Origin: Sarea resinae
Lineage: Eukaryota
DNA: 64,000 nucleotides
Reading direction: 5' to 3'
Assembly: GCA_026026165.1 (NCBI GenBank)
Contig: JAPEUD010000026.1
Coordinates: forward strand, 1-64,000
Positions 12,732 to 26,195 of this stretch are shown here, in pieces. The position numbers and the translations under genes were made by a program. Position 1 is the stretch's first letter, and the number at the start of each line of letters is the position of its first letter. The notes beneath the pieces were generated by a model. That model saw only the letters and a list, made by a program, of their open reading frames with translations. It was not told where the DNA came from and did not search any database.

Positions 12732-13596
12732 TTAGATGGAGGAAGGGTACAGCATAACTCGAACGGAAGCACCGAAAGACTTTGGCGGTAGGTTGTGTCT
12801 GAACTGTGCTCTCACGACTCCCGAGTTGCCTGTAGCATCGATACCGTCAGTGATCGACCGAGACGGACGTTACACAGGAAAATCCAACATACCATGTGGC
12901 CTAGTGACCTTTCCCCAGATCACCCGAATCTTCGATCCACGGATCTCCTTCTTCGCGCGGTAGACGAAAGCGACCTTCTTTCCAAGGTAGAACCTGATGA
13001 TAACACGTCAATCCAGCTCCATAATGGGATGATTCGATCGGTCTCTTACTGTGCGGCCTTTGAGTCGTCAACGCCTTCAATCTTGACCAGACTACAAAAC
13101 AGTCAGCTTGTCTGTCCTTCTAGAGTCAATTACCATCAGCACCCACCTCGTTCCGGGGTTCGTGTTCCGCTTTCCCCGCTGGTAGCTCAAGTGTCGGCCC
13201 CTGGATGCCACATTCGTCAGTCCATAATTCCGCTTTGCTGATAGTCTTCAAGACGACTCCGTATCGCAATCCCTCCAATTGACTCCAAATCCAGCAGCTC
13301 GTATTTCACAGATGTAGTGGATGAGGACGGTAGGAATCAAGCATAACGGCAGGCGAACGGTATGACGTTGGAGAAACTCACTTGACGTATACTAGAGAAA
13401 GCACATATTAGCTCCCAGTCAACGAAAGTTCAGAGCGGCGGCGAAGCTGCAAGCAAACTCTCCAGTTCATCCAGTAGACAGCGCGAGCACTGCATAGCAC
13501 AAGGCTTTGCGATCTCGAGTGTCCAGTGTCCAGTGGAGGTGGCCGAAGATTTGGGGATTGGGTTCACTCACATCGGTGACCTGCCTCCGAAGACAT
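12732..13596 (-). CDS. RPL33: 60S ribosomal protein eL33 (L33/L35A); exons 13596-13572, 13391-13382, 13200-13147, 13091-13050, 12993-12893, 12829-12732
   Basis: Spliced product [109 protein letters not shown]. All five introns are GT-AG. Confidence 0.96.
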
Positions 13597-13780
13597 CTTG
13601 AAAGCTATTTCTTCAACTTTCCCGGAATCGCAAAGGTCCTTTCGATGGGGGCAGCGACCTTTCTGAGTCGGTTCAGGTCGTTGTGTCGTTGAGTCGTCGT
13701 TGTCGTCGAATGTCTGCCTCTGCCTTGGCCTTCGTAAACTGTAGATCGCTTCCGTGGCGTCTTGGCTCGGTTAAGTGGCG

Positions 13781-13985
13781 CTAAGGGCTATGCTTCCATG
13801 TGCCCTTATTTGGACCCCGCCTGGCTTCACCACTGGACAGCTTTATCACGATCCACGACAGCTTCGTTTCACAGGATCATGCTGTTCACAGTCTGATTCA
13901 TGAAGCTCTGGTTATGGAAATCTCGTGACAGAAATATTCCCGGCATCGCAGCGGATGTGCTCTTATTGTAAGCTGAGCAGTCACA
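13781..13985. promoter_or_regulatory. Candidate ribosomal-protein promoter motifs: TAAGGGCTA (13782-13790) and Homol-D CAGTCACA (13978-13985)
   Basis: Both lie upstream of RPL33. CAGTCACA is the Homol-D box known from fission-yeast RP genes; function here is inferred. Confidence 0.3.
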
Positions 13986-16724
13986 GTTCTCTCTAGGTAA
14001 GTACAGGAACACGTTCCACCCCCAAATCTAGTAGCGAGAAAGGTATTAGTTACATATCTAATGCTCCGAGAGATATCTGATCGGACTCATTTTCGATCTT
14101 ATCTAATGGTTTATACGAAGATCCTTTGCTCTCTAGCGGTCTATTGCTCGGGCTCAATGTGAAGGAGACATCACTCCCCAGGACGAAGCTCCGATACCGA
14201 TTTCTGGCTTGGTAGGAGAAGCTAGGACCGCGATAACAAGATCGTGAGAGAGCGCGATAATAAGGAATACTGATCACAGACTTATTTAAAATTACAGAGA
14301 CAAACAGCCCTAGCCTACCCTCGCCACTGACCATACGCCCCCATTAGCTTTTCGCACTGTCCTTCTCTGATCTCCATGCTGGCGCATAGATCTACGAGCT
14401 CGGTGTATGCTGCCAGAGGTGCCTTCCGAGGTGTGTAAGTGCACTGGCTTGAAATGAGAATATAATAGCTCGACAGTGGATATTCCTCTCTGCGGCTGGA
14501 CAGGGGCTCTCGCAGGATGTCTGGCATGAATTCTGTGTTGAAGTTCCCCATTATTATGTAGTGACTGAGTGGCTGCAGATACAGACTTTGGTTGCTCCTG
14601 ATCTTGAGTTTGCTTGTTCCCCAAAATCTAGTCCAGATCTAAAAGTATACTATTCTCCTGCGTAGATCGCCTTGAGATTAGAGTATCAGATACGAACGCC
14701 GTATCATTCATTATGAGCTCAAAGATGTTGATGTTTGGGACATGTCCGCATGGCTAATCAGACCCTGCGCTGGAGAGAATGCATGGAATTTCGAGCTCTA
14801 GCGATAGCAGAGGCAGGCGCCCGAATATTCCCTTGAAGCAAATCTTGTTCACAAAAGCCACGCATATTGAAAGCGTCCCGGTGGGTGTCGTGAAAGTTCC
14901 TGAAGCAAGCACTTTATCTCAACCAGGTAGCTACAAAGACCCTGAACGAAGCGGATCCGATATTCTCTATCATGGAGAATGCCTCGTAAACCCCGACCGA
15001 CATTCATTAGAAGCTGGCTCATTGCTTTCCTGCGAGCGTCGGCTCGATATGGAATACGTCACAATGCATCGCCGGAGTTCAGAGTGGTGCCTGGTGAGGG
15101 CGCGATGAGCGCACGTGTAGACGCTCCTGGCTGGATCTAGCGAAGTGTTATCAGAGCTGCAGCTGGTCTTGCCGGCCCCAAGCGTCCAACCACCATTGAT
15201 CAAGGCTGGCAGGCAAGGCATGGAATTCATTCTACTCTTCATGTGTGTGGCATCCATCCATCAATGTACGATGGTATTATGTAATACAGATCTCGCGCAA
15301 ATATCCACGAAGAGACAACTTCGAAGACATGGTGGTCTCTGCATATCGATACTTGAGAGTCATGATAGGAGTACTCGTAGTGAGAGGTAACCAGTGAATC
15401 ACTAAGATAATCAGATGTCGAAATGGTTCGTGGATTAAATTAGTACCTAGGTAGGTAGCTTGGCAGGGCAGTACATCCATAGGTGGAAAGGCTGAAGATG
15501 CTACCGCGAGGTAGACAGCGGGCTCTGGTTTGTAAGGCAGTGGGTTTCTCCCATTCATTCGATGCGATTTTCAAACCCTTAGTCAGAGCTCGGAAGACCT
15601 TCTGAGCCCTTCCCTCCCTTTCCTTTCCTTCCCAGGCTTCTAGCATGGATCCCTGGATGCTTTCTAGAATATCATTGATGCTAAGGCGTGAAGACACCGA
15701 GTAGGAAATTTGGGTGGGCGGAGTGTCGAGAGCAGGTATGATCAGATAAAAACGGCAGCAGTACCTTAGTGGTCCGTGGTCCGACCGAGAAAGATCCATG
15801 CCGAACCAACCGCTCGAGGCCGCGGACACATCAACCGAGCGGGCTTGCGACGGACTTCAATCGTGTTCCATGAGCTGCAATTCTTGACGTTGGACTTACA
15901 TATGAATACGCAGTAGTACCCGCACAAGCACAAGCGACGGGACTCCCTCGCACCTTACCTGCCTTACCTTAGGTATGGGTAAAGTACGGCTAACTGGACG
16001 GGTAGCACGATGTCATCGGACTTAAGAGTCGAGGCGTCCCCTTACAGCCAGACGAGTTGGACGAGGGACGAAGTAGCTGAGGTACCTCTCCTGAACCCCT
16101 GGGTATCTTCTCGGTCAGGCTGGACTTGACGCTACTCCGGAGTACCTCATACGAAGTACGTGATCTTCAACACGCCGGTCGAGACTCGAGAGGAGAGAGG
16201 AAAAGCCCCGCTCGCATCCAGACCGTCCATGTCCATAGCAGGTGTAATCATCAAATATGTAATGCATTTGCCATCCATGATCCATCAGTCATATTATTTC
16301 TACTCATCATCCCCCGAATCCAAATCTGCCATCGCTCCTTTGCCTACCCTTGATTCCTCCTCAAGACGTTCCAGGTCCGAACATTCTCACGTCCGCTACG
16401 GAAAGTCCAACAAAGCCATCGATCTTACCTCACCGTAGGGTAAAGTTAGCCCGCCTGAAGAGCTACAGAGTACTGCGAGCTACATCCCAAACACAAATTA
16501 TCCCGCCGCTTTTAAGAGAGCGAGAGGTATTCGGCGTTTCCTCGACTCGACCCAACGGACAGTAGTAGTCGAGTGCCCCACCAACATCTTTACCTCTACC
16601 TCTGCTTTGCTCTGTCCTTCGTCATCCTACTTGCAAACGGCCCCGAAATTGATCATCCTCTGAATCTTCGAATTGCTGTCGGCCATCAACCATACGCCTC
16701 CTCACCTTCGCGCCTTCGCACGTC

Positions 16725-18899
16725 ATGGCAGACACGCTCGTTGCCCACGAAGACCCCAATGATGCTGGGTGAGTTCCGTCTCTACCTCTTCGACGACGTC
16801 ACTCCATGATCATCGCAAGTCTGGCCTTCCATCAAGGGCAAACGTCCACAATTAGTCAATTTGTCACCGGAGCTTTGTTTCCGAGATGGATTGAAGGCCT
16901 ATGATTTCTCAACATTTTGGAACAAGGGCTAACACTATGATCTTCGGCGCAGTACCTTCGAATTGAGGGATAATACAACCATCATCGTTCTGGGTGCTTC
17001 TGGTGATCTAGCAAAGAAGAAGACCGTAAGCAGATTCGCCATGAAGTCTTTCTGCAACGTTAACTGAACTCAACAGTTTCCCGCCCTCTTCGGTCTTGTG
17101 AGTCCTGGAGTCTTTTGATCGACAATTGTCCGTACTAACGGAGGCTGGCAGCATCGAAACCAATTCCTGCCTAAGGATTTGCGAATCGTCGGATATGCAC
17201 GAACGAAGATGGACCACGAGGAATTCCTCAAGCGGGTCAAGTCACACATCAAGACTCCCACGAAAGAGATGGAAGAACAGCTTGAGGAATTTCTCAAGCT
17301 ATGCACTTATGTCTCTGGCCAGTACGATCAAGACGAGTCATTCGTCAACCTGCGAAAACACATAGAAGAGCATGAGTCCGGAAGGGAGGAGCAAAATCGG
17401 GTATTCTACATGGCTCTACCGCCGAGTGTCTTCACAACTGTCTCGCAGCACATCCGGAAAAACTGCTATCCAGAGAATGGCATTGCTAGAATCATTGTTC
17501 GTTCACTTGCAGTCTCCAAAAACGAGAAGTGCTATATGCTAACGGATTTTCTACGTTAAAAGGTAGAAAAGCCATTTGGTAGAGATCTACAGAGCTCGCG
17601 AGACCTCCAGAAAGCTCTTGAGCCGAACTGGAAAGAAGACGAGATCTTCCGTATCGACCACTACCTTGGAAAGGAGATGGTTAAGAACATACTTATCCTG
17701 AGGTTCGGCAACGAGTTCTTCGGAGCTACTTGGAACCGGAACCACATCGACAATATCCAGGTAAATACACCCTTTCAATCCGATAGCGATATATAATATG
17801 ATACCTGCGAGTTGTTCAATACCTAACCGAGAACCCATTAGATTTCGTTCAAAGAGCCGTTTGGCACTGAAGGCAGAGGTGGCTACTTTGACGAATTTGG
17901 CATTATTCGTGATGTTATGCAAAATCGTATGTATCTGTGTTCCTCAGTCAGGAACATCGTCTGATTGCCCCTTCAGATCTGCTCCAAGTTCTCACTCTTC
18001 TCGCCATGGAGAGACCCATTTCATTCTCAGCAGAGGATATTCGTGATGAAAAAGTAGGAGATCCGAACTTCTGGAAGGAAATCGAGTACTAAGGGCAAAA
18101 CAGGTTCGCGTGCTCCGAGGTATCCCGGCTATTGAGCCAAAGAATGTCATAATTGGCCAGTATGGAAAATCGCTTGATGGAAGCAAACCAGCGTACAAGG
18201 AAGATGATACTGTCCCTCAAGATTCTCGGTGTCCCACTTTCTGTGCCATGGTGGCGTATATCAAGAACGAGCGCTGGGACGGCGTGCCTTTCATACTCAA
18301 GGCTGGCAAAGGTTCGTCTTAATGTTAGGTCTAGCGTAGGCCCCAACTGACTGTAGCAGCACTCAACGAACAAAAGACCGAAATTCGGATCCAATTCAAG
18401 GACGTCACGTCAGGTATCTTCAAGGATATTCCTCGGAACGAGCTGGTCATAAGGGTGCAACCAAATGAGAGCGTCTACATTAAAATGAATTCTAAGCTTC
18501 CTGGATTGAGCATGCAAACGGTTGTCACAGAGCTCGACCTTACATACCGGCGCCGATTCTCTGATCTGAAGATCCCAGAAGCTTATGAGTCGCTCATTCT
18601 TGATGCTCTGAAAGGAGACCATTCGAACTTTGTCCGAGACGATGAGCTGGATGCTAGCTGGCGGATGTTTACCCCACTACTCCACTATCTCGATGACAAC
18701 AAGGAGATTGTTCCAATGGAGTACCCTTATGGTACGCTTTTCCGCTTTGAACTAGTGATTCGAGAATCTGACTGACAATATCATAGGGTCTCGCGGTCCC
18801 GCCGTTCTGGACGACTTCACATCGTCGTACGGCTATAAATTCAGCGACCCTGCCGGTTACCAGTGGCCCATGACGTCGGCCGCTCCGAACAAGCTCTGA
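16725..18899 (+). CDS. ZWF1: Glucose-6-phosphate 1-dehydrogenase, 10 exons
   Basis: Motifs [73 protein letters not shown] and YPYGSRGP; ends [11 protein letters not shown]. Aspergillus name gsdA. Confidence 0.97.
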
Positions 18900-19810
18900 A
18901 CTACGAACAGAAAAGAAAGCGCTGCCGGTTCGGTCGCAGGATGCACTTGGGTCTAGAGGATAGAGATGCACGCCAAGGTGGGAAGGAAGCAAAGGAGTTT
19001 GTGGCCACTTTTCACTCCGTTTGATTATGACGCCTCTCGGCGATGTTGCAACCGCGCTTCACAAAACACGCGTATTGGAAGCGTCTGTTAGTTGGTGTAG
19101 TCTATATGCAATCACGAAGCTGGTAGCTCCATAGAAGATTGCAATGGGTCCGGCGGGTACCTACAGTCAGCATCTCAAATTGGCAAGACGGCACTAGAAA
19201 GAATGAAGTGAGATTAGCTGTATTGATGAAGTGAGAGGCGCAACGGTAAAGAGGGTTCTCTATTCCGCATCCATCCTAGAGTGGGGGGGTTTTAAGGTAG
19301 TTTAGAGGCAACGCGGCAGGAGGTGGAAAGGAGGGAAAGTAGCATGGAAGTAGGCTAGTGCGTGATACTCTTGTAGTCGGAAGTATTCTTTGACGTTATC
19401 AATGGCCATCGGTGCGATGCATGTAGGGAAATCGACGAGGAAATACTTCTGCGGTACCTAGGCAGGGAGACAGGGACACGTCGTACCCACCACGCAGTAC
19501 GCAGTACTCCAAGTCGATCACTCCGCAGTAAATATAGCCACTGTGTACTGTACTCGTAATCTGTACGAATAGTGAGAACTGAGAAGGCGTCGTCACGTCT
19601 CAGCTGCGACTACAATTGTACGCTCCTTGGGAAAAGTCATTGACCTCTGCTGCCCACTTGCCATGCTCTATCGCGCCATATCGGCCTCTTAAAGATTTGC
19701 CCGTGCGACCCAACGGACGAATAGCTTCACAACACACCTCGAGGTCCTGCAGCGCCGACTGTGCGGTCGTTTCTACGGCAGGAGCTCGAGGATTGCCAGA
19801 TGTTACGACA

Positions 19811-22066
19811 ATGCCCGAGGTAGCATCATGGCTAGGAACACCTCATATCAAGGGCTCTTCGGAGTCCATGCGCATGGCTCTTCTGTCGTTTAGTCTAATT
19901 GGCTTGCAGTAAGTGGACCGCAATGGCGCCTTCGCTCAAGCTGAAGCGGTAACAGCAGGAGCGGCAACAACGGCTGACACCGAGAACAGATTTACGTGGG
20001 GAATAGAGATGACATGTTAGCTGTCCTCTTGGAACAGTGGAGACTACGAGATCGATCGACTGACCACGAGCAGACTGTACGCCGTACCTTCTACAACTGG
20101 GGCTCACAAAGAGTCGGACGTCGTTGGTATGGATCGCGGGACCCCTTTCGGGGCTCGTAATGCAGCCTGTCGTCGGAGTGATAGCAGACAGATCGAAATC
20201 AAAGTGGGGGCGACGGAGGCCTTTTATGATTGGAGGATCCTTGATTGTGGCAGTTTCGTTGCTGGTACTGGGCTGGACTTCGGAAATTGTCGCATGGTTC
20301 ATCAGCGACCCGGATACGGTAGGCGCTCGAGATCCTCATCCAGAGGAATATCGCTCATGTGAGAAAGCGAAAATCTGCGACCATAGCGCTTGCTGTCTTC
20401 AGTATCTATGCTGTTGACTTTGCGATCAATGCCGGTACGTAGACGCGACCCCCTGAATCGCATTATCAGGCAGTAACTGATCTCGATCCTAGTGCAAGCA
20501 TCTTGCAGAAGTCTGATAGTTGATACCCTTCCAATACCAAAGCAGCAGCTTGGATCTGCATGGGGTAAGTCTCGTTTGTCTCGTCTGCTGCGATATGATA
20601 TAAGTTGACCCCCGTAAAGCGAGTAGGATGATTGGAATTGGGCATTTGCTGGGTTACATTGCAGGCACCGTAGATCTTATTGGTATCTTTGGAACAAGGC
20701 TTGGCGATACCCAATTCAAGCAATTGACTGTCGTGGCGGCATCATCGTTACTTGTTGCTGTGAGCGTAACTTCATATGCCGTTAAGGAACGCATCTTGAT
20801 ATCTGCTCGGTAAGCCGGTGTTCGTCTCTGCCAGATAGAATTGGGCGCTGACTTTTGGATTTGCACACTAGTGATTCCGAGAGTAGATCAGGAGCGGTGA
20901 AGATGGTTGCGCAGATCCTGAAGACGACACTGCACCTCCCAGACCGGATCCAGGCTATCTGTTGGATTCAATTTTGGGCGTGGATTGGTAACTTCTACTC
21001 AAAATTTCATCTCACAATACTGCTGCTAAACAAGATGTGTAGGCTGGTTTCCCTTTCTTTTCTACAGTACCACCTGGGTAGGTGAGACGTATTTCCGATA
21101 CGACGCGCCGAAAGATGCCCAGCAGTCCAGCGACATGCTCGGAGAAATCGGCCGAGTCGGAAGCTTGTCACTTGTTGTGTTCTCCGTCATCTCTTTTGCC
21201 GGCTCCGTCACGCTTCCGTGGGTGGTGAAAGCGCCCGAGAATGAAAACACGCCGTTCACCCCTCGCCCACCTCCGTCCATCGGGCCCCTCGTCAGTGAGA
21301 TGGCAAAGTACAAACCAGATCTGCTCACGGCGTGGATGATCTCTCATCTGATCTTTGCGGCGGCAATGATACTAGCTCCATTTGTCACTTCGTTGCGGTT
21401 CGCTACTACTATTGTTTCTGTCTGCGGAATGTATGTTTGCACGTTTAACCCCTATAATTTCTTCCTCCATTCCGTCGACTGCAAACTTTCTGAGGCCTTA
21501 ATCGAAATTGGAAGCTCTGACACTTCTCTAGCCCCTGGGCCCTAGCCTGCTGGGCGCCGTTCGCCTTCATGGGTGTCGAGATCAACCGCGTCAGCGCCTC
21601 CACCTCTTCATCCTACCACCGCCTCTCAGACACAACGCCGGCCTCGCCAATCGAGCTCGAAGAAGGCGTCCCCCAGCACCACCATCTCATCCCCACCGTC
21701 CCTGAATCCCCCACCGTCCTTCGCATAACGCACAACACAGACCCGGCCCCGTCGTCCGCCGCGAGCAGCGCAACCGCAGCGCCATCCAACTCGACGGGGG
21801 AACTGGCCGGGATCTATCTCGGGATCTTGAATCTCTATACCACGCTCCCGCAGTTCCTGGGAACCTTTATCTCCATGATCGTCTTCTCCGTCCTGGAACC
21901 GGGAAAGAGCCCTGAGCTGGCGATAGATGTCGATGATGCTGCCGCCGCGCACGACACCGGGGGCGAGGAGGGCGTCAATGGTATCGCCGTGTGCTTGTTT
22001 ATCGGCGCGTTATCGGCGCTCGGGGCGGCGTGGGCTACGTACCGGTTGAGGAAGCGGGGCATCTGA
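19811..22066 (+). CDS. Sucrose/alpha-glucoside:H+ symporter (GPH/SUT1-like, MFS), about 9 exons
   Basis: Motifs GLQFTWGIEMTYCTPYL, WIAGPLSGLVMQPVVG, SKWGRRRPF, QFWAWIGWFPFLFY and GIYLGILNLYTTLPQF. Confidence 0.9.
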
Positions 22067-22351
22067 AGTCAATATCCTTGTTGGGGTCATGGCCAGTACT
22101 GGTTGGTGTCGGTGTTGGATTGGCATCTGTTTCCATACCCCAGCCGCTGCCGACTTTGTCTATCTGTATGTCTGTTCTGTTCTATCATTGTATGCCTACT
22201 GTCGTCGTCGTCATTGTATGTCTGTTGTCATGCTTGTCGTCATTACCGTCGTTTCTTCCTGTTTTGGCGTATCATACCCCCATATACTGTACTGTACTGA
22301 ACCGCCATCCTCTAATTCGCTCATCAACGCGGTGAAAATCCTGAAGGGTAA

Positions 22352-22924
22352 AAGAAGAAGAAGAAGAAGAAGAAGAAGAAGAAGAAGAAGAAGAAGAGCT
22401 CTGCTCTCAAGAAAAATAGAACAGACCGAGAATAAATAGAATAGACTGTTCTATACATTGTTTTGAAGAGTCCAATGGTCGTAGTGTAGTGCACTCGTAT
22501 TTCAAATCCCTCTCACTTACGCAATAACTCACTCAATAACTCACTCACTCTAAACACAAGGAGAGAAAGAAACAGCCAAATCAGCTAATCCTACCCACCC
22601 CACCCATCCACCTTCCCCCTTGCTCCCACCACCCTTGTTCGCCCTTTTGAAGAAAAGAAAAGAAATGAAAAAAAAAGCCCCAGATCAACCCTTTCCCCTT
22701 CTCAGCGAGAGAATTGACTCAACTAAATTGACTATAAAAGAAAGGTGGTGAACTAGAAAGTGAAGAAGGCGGAGATGAGGACAGACAGATTAGTGTTAGA
22801 TCTTTTCAATCGTTATAGATCCCCCCCTCTGTTCATTTTTAGTCGCGGAGAAGGCGGAGAGGGCGGAGAGGGCAGAGAGGGCGGAGAGGGCAGAGAGGGC
22901 AGAGAGGGCAGAGAGGGCAGAGAG
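22352..22924. repeat. (AGA)n tract at 22352-22396 and 9-mer minisatellite (GCRGAGAGG)n at 22845-22924
   Basis: Tandem repeats read directly between the convergent SUT and SEC20 genes. Confidence 0.9.
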
Positions 22925-23413
22925 ATTGGTGTCAGGGAGGGAGAAAGGGAGGAGTTAAACAAGAGCATATATATATCCTCTTAAGTTCAGACTCAGCAAG
23001 TTAGCTTGGCTTAGAGTGAGAGCCACACATCGAGTCAGACTCGAGAGCTAGAGCCCGAGTCGTGGTGTTGAAGAGACTGATTTCTATAATATTCATCTGT
23101 ACTCCTGATCTTATATCTCAGAGAGCCCCGTGAAACGAAGTAAAGCAAAGCGAAGCAAAGCAAAGTAATCCGCCATTGCCGCAAACCCGCCACGACCATG
23201 CTGGCGCTAATGCCTATGAGATGACCAGCGCCAATAGCAATAATGATGATCACACCAGCTCGATTGAACGCCCCCCCGCCCCCCCCACCCTTCTGCAGGA
23301 TCGGCTACTGTATACAGTACGCGTCATGTGCCTCCTCAACTGGCCCCCGCGCGCATAAAGAGAAAGAATAAAAGAAGACAAGAAAGGAAGAATTGAGGGA
23401 GAAGGGGGAGAAC

Positions 23414-25035
23414 TCAGAGCTCATCCTTCGACGCACCACGCGCCTCCTCGAATTTCTTGGCTTCGACGTCTTCTTCCCACATGCGCTTCTTCGGATTCCG
23501 CGGGATTTGCTCCTGCTCCTGCTCCTGCTCTTGTTGCCCGCCTGGTGCTCGTGCATGTCTCTGCTCCTGTCCCTGTCCCTGTCCATCCTGTTCCGCCCCT
23601 TCTCGTGGCTGCTGCTGCTGCTCACTGCCTCTTTCAGCCATACGCCCGACTTCCTCTGCCAGTCGGGCCCCCTCGCTCTGCTGACTCTGCTGCGGTGTGC
23701 GCGAAATGGGCTGGGCTCGCGACAGCGGAGGCGGCTGGAACGGAGCACCCGGTGCGCCGCGACCGCCGCCTCCGACCACGATCGATGGAGCCTGGTGCCC
23801 GGCCGGGAACGTCGGGAAGGCTGCCCGACCGCCGGTGGCGCTGGAGTGGGTGATAAGGCTCGCGCCCGTTTGGCCACCTCCGACTAGACGGCTACCTTGC
23901 GCCGCTGTGAGCGCGGTACCAGCCCCAACGGCGCCGAGAGCGGATACAGCGAGCCTGAAGACCAGTCTCAGGAGTAGCCGGGGTAGCCAGAGCACCAACG
24001 ATAGTGGTCCATAGAGTAGCCGGCGGAATACGAGCCAGAGAATCACGGAGAGAAGGATGTACAGTGATGATTGCAGGTACCATGTGTCTGATTTCTGGGA
24101 GCGGAGGAGGGATGAGAGGAGCGTTTTCGATGTGTTAAGTGCAGAGGAGAGGGTGCCGTAGTTTTCGCTGAGTGACGAAAGAGCAGCCGTCGATTGTTCT
24201 GTTCATCGTTGGTTGTGTCAGTGGAAGGGGTGACTTTGTGGATACTTGGGAGAAGGGAAGAGGGGGCATACGCAGCGTATCATGGGCAAATTGACTCCGA
24301 GACAGCTCTGACTGCATGAGTTGATGCGTGCGTCGAAGGGCAGCTGTCACGTCGCTTGACGCGTTCACAAGTAATTCGTCGGGCGAGAAATTCTCTTTGC
24401 CCTCTACTCCGCGTCGCCGGCCTTTATTGGTGCTGCTACCTTCCTGGGCGCCGGCGAGGAGCAGTTCGCGCTCTTTGCGCCGCGCGAGCTCTGCGTTGCG
24501 TTTAGCCTGGAGCTGGGCCTTGCGGAATTGCGTGCGTGCGCTGTGATGTGAAGGGTGAGGTCAGCAACTTATGCCAGGATGCATCATCGTGTTGTAGATG
24601 CTGTGTGCCGAGGACAGAGGATGGGACAAATGGTGTGCGGTAGCGGACAGAATACTGGGCAGAGAAGAGAATAAAGGATAGAAGCTAGATCTGGACTTAC
24701 AATTTCAGATCCTCCTCCAATCTCGTTACCTGGGCCCCCAACCTGGCTCTCTCCCTGTCCTTCTCACCATCAGCGCCCCTCCTTCCCCCGCCACTGATTC
24801 CACTCCCCACACAGTCTTCCACCTCCTGCCTCAGCAACTCGAGCTCCTCATCCTGATCTTTGAGGCTTTGGTGGATCTCCGCGCTCAGCTCGACACGGGC
24901 ATCTGCCTCCTCGGGGTTTAGAGCGCTGGAGCCGGGTTGGATGGGGAGTTTGGCGAGGCGCGAGATGAGTTGGACGGTCAATTTGTGGGCGTTAGAGAGG
25001 CTCGTCAGCCGTGCGGTGAGAGTATCGGGAGCCAT
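23414..25035 (-). CDS. SEC20: ER SNARE Sec20/BNIP1, 3 exons
   Basis: ARTQFRKAQLQAKRNAE, ASSDVTAALRRTHQLMQSELSRSQFAHDTL and SQKSDTWYL followed by a TM segment; ends KDEL. Confidence 0.92.
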
Positions 25036-25427
25036 GTTCCAGGGAGATGCCTAGATCATTTTTTGGAGTTGTTGTTGGTCAGTGTAGTAGACGATGAGTT
25101 GATGATACTATCGTTATCAATTGTTGCGCAGCACTACGTAGAGTAGTCGGGGTGAACGAGGCACAAAGACGGAGGATGCCGTCGATGCGCAACGGAGACC
25201 AAAAGAAGTTCTTGCTGGAGAGCCCGAGAACCATCGACATCGACCGCGACAACGTCAACATCTCTGCACGAAGCATGCGACGGCCATGATCAATTGATCA
25301 GATTGCAATACGAGGACGCTACAGAAGATCTCCGTGCATCATCGACCCTAATCCGATTCTCTCAAGCACGGCGAAGACTTTGACCATCCGAACGGGCAGC
25401 AAGCAAGGCCCCCCCACATCTGTCACC

Positions 25428-25804
25428 ATGATCACCAAATTCATCACCGACGTCTCCACCAAGTTCAACCCTTTCTCCCCCCGTGCAAAGACGGCTCGCA
25501 TCTTTCTTTCCCTCCTGCCGCCGACGGCGAGACAGACTATGAAAATCAATACAGTACTGCTGCCGCGAAACAGCACGGCACTCAGCAGCCTCAGTCTGAA
25601 GTTTAGTACGTTTCTCCCACTTCACAGTCCACGGAATGGGAGCAGACCAAATTCGCATGACTAGGCTAATCTTCGACGAATCCCGTAGAGGACGGCAAGG
25701 AGATGAACTTGGATACGGAGAAGCTTGGCATCAAGGGCGTTACGGAAGAGGTCGATCGACATTCGAGAATGTTAAGCAGACAGGAAGAGCTGACGGGCAA
25801 TTGA
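25428..25804 (+). CDS. MRPL44: Mitochondrial ribosomal protein mL53 (yeast Mrpl44); intron 25606-25688
   Basis: MITKFITDVSTKFNPFSPRAKTARIFLSLLPP...LSLKFKDGKEMNLDTEKLGIKGVTEEVDRHSRMLSRQEELTGN*. Confidence 0.9.
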
Positions 25805-26195
25805 GCAAGGGGTTCTGGAGAGCATGGATAAGAAACGGCGACCGATCATCGCAACACCTCGTACATGTACTGCATTGGTTAGGAGGAGTTCAGGAGCGGC
25901 AAGACTACTTATTTTCTGACCTTGGTCTACACACGTAGCTTTGGAGCTATGTAAAGTTAGCTCATCAAGCCCGAGCATTGTGCATAAGCTCTACCTGTAT
26001 CATAGCTGAATGGATAGCAACTTTTGAATATATTTTGATACTGTTACTGAGACTGAGCTGATGATGCTACGCCAATAGAACGAGTTAGATGTGGATCGAG
26101 CCTTTCTTAGCCAAGAGTATATACTCAATCAGCCCATACCAGGCCCAACTCCTCAGCTTTTGACATTAGCAGAAGTCCCACTCCAACGTGTCCTT

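Noticed and set aside
22845..22924. Repeat array as CRISPR-like
   Set aside because: Contiguous 9-mers without spacers in a eukaryotic genome.
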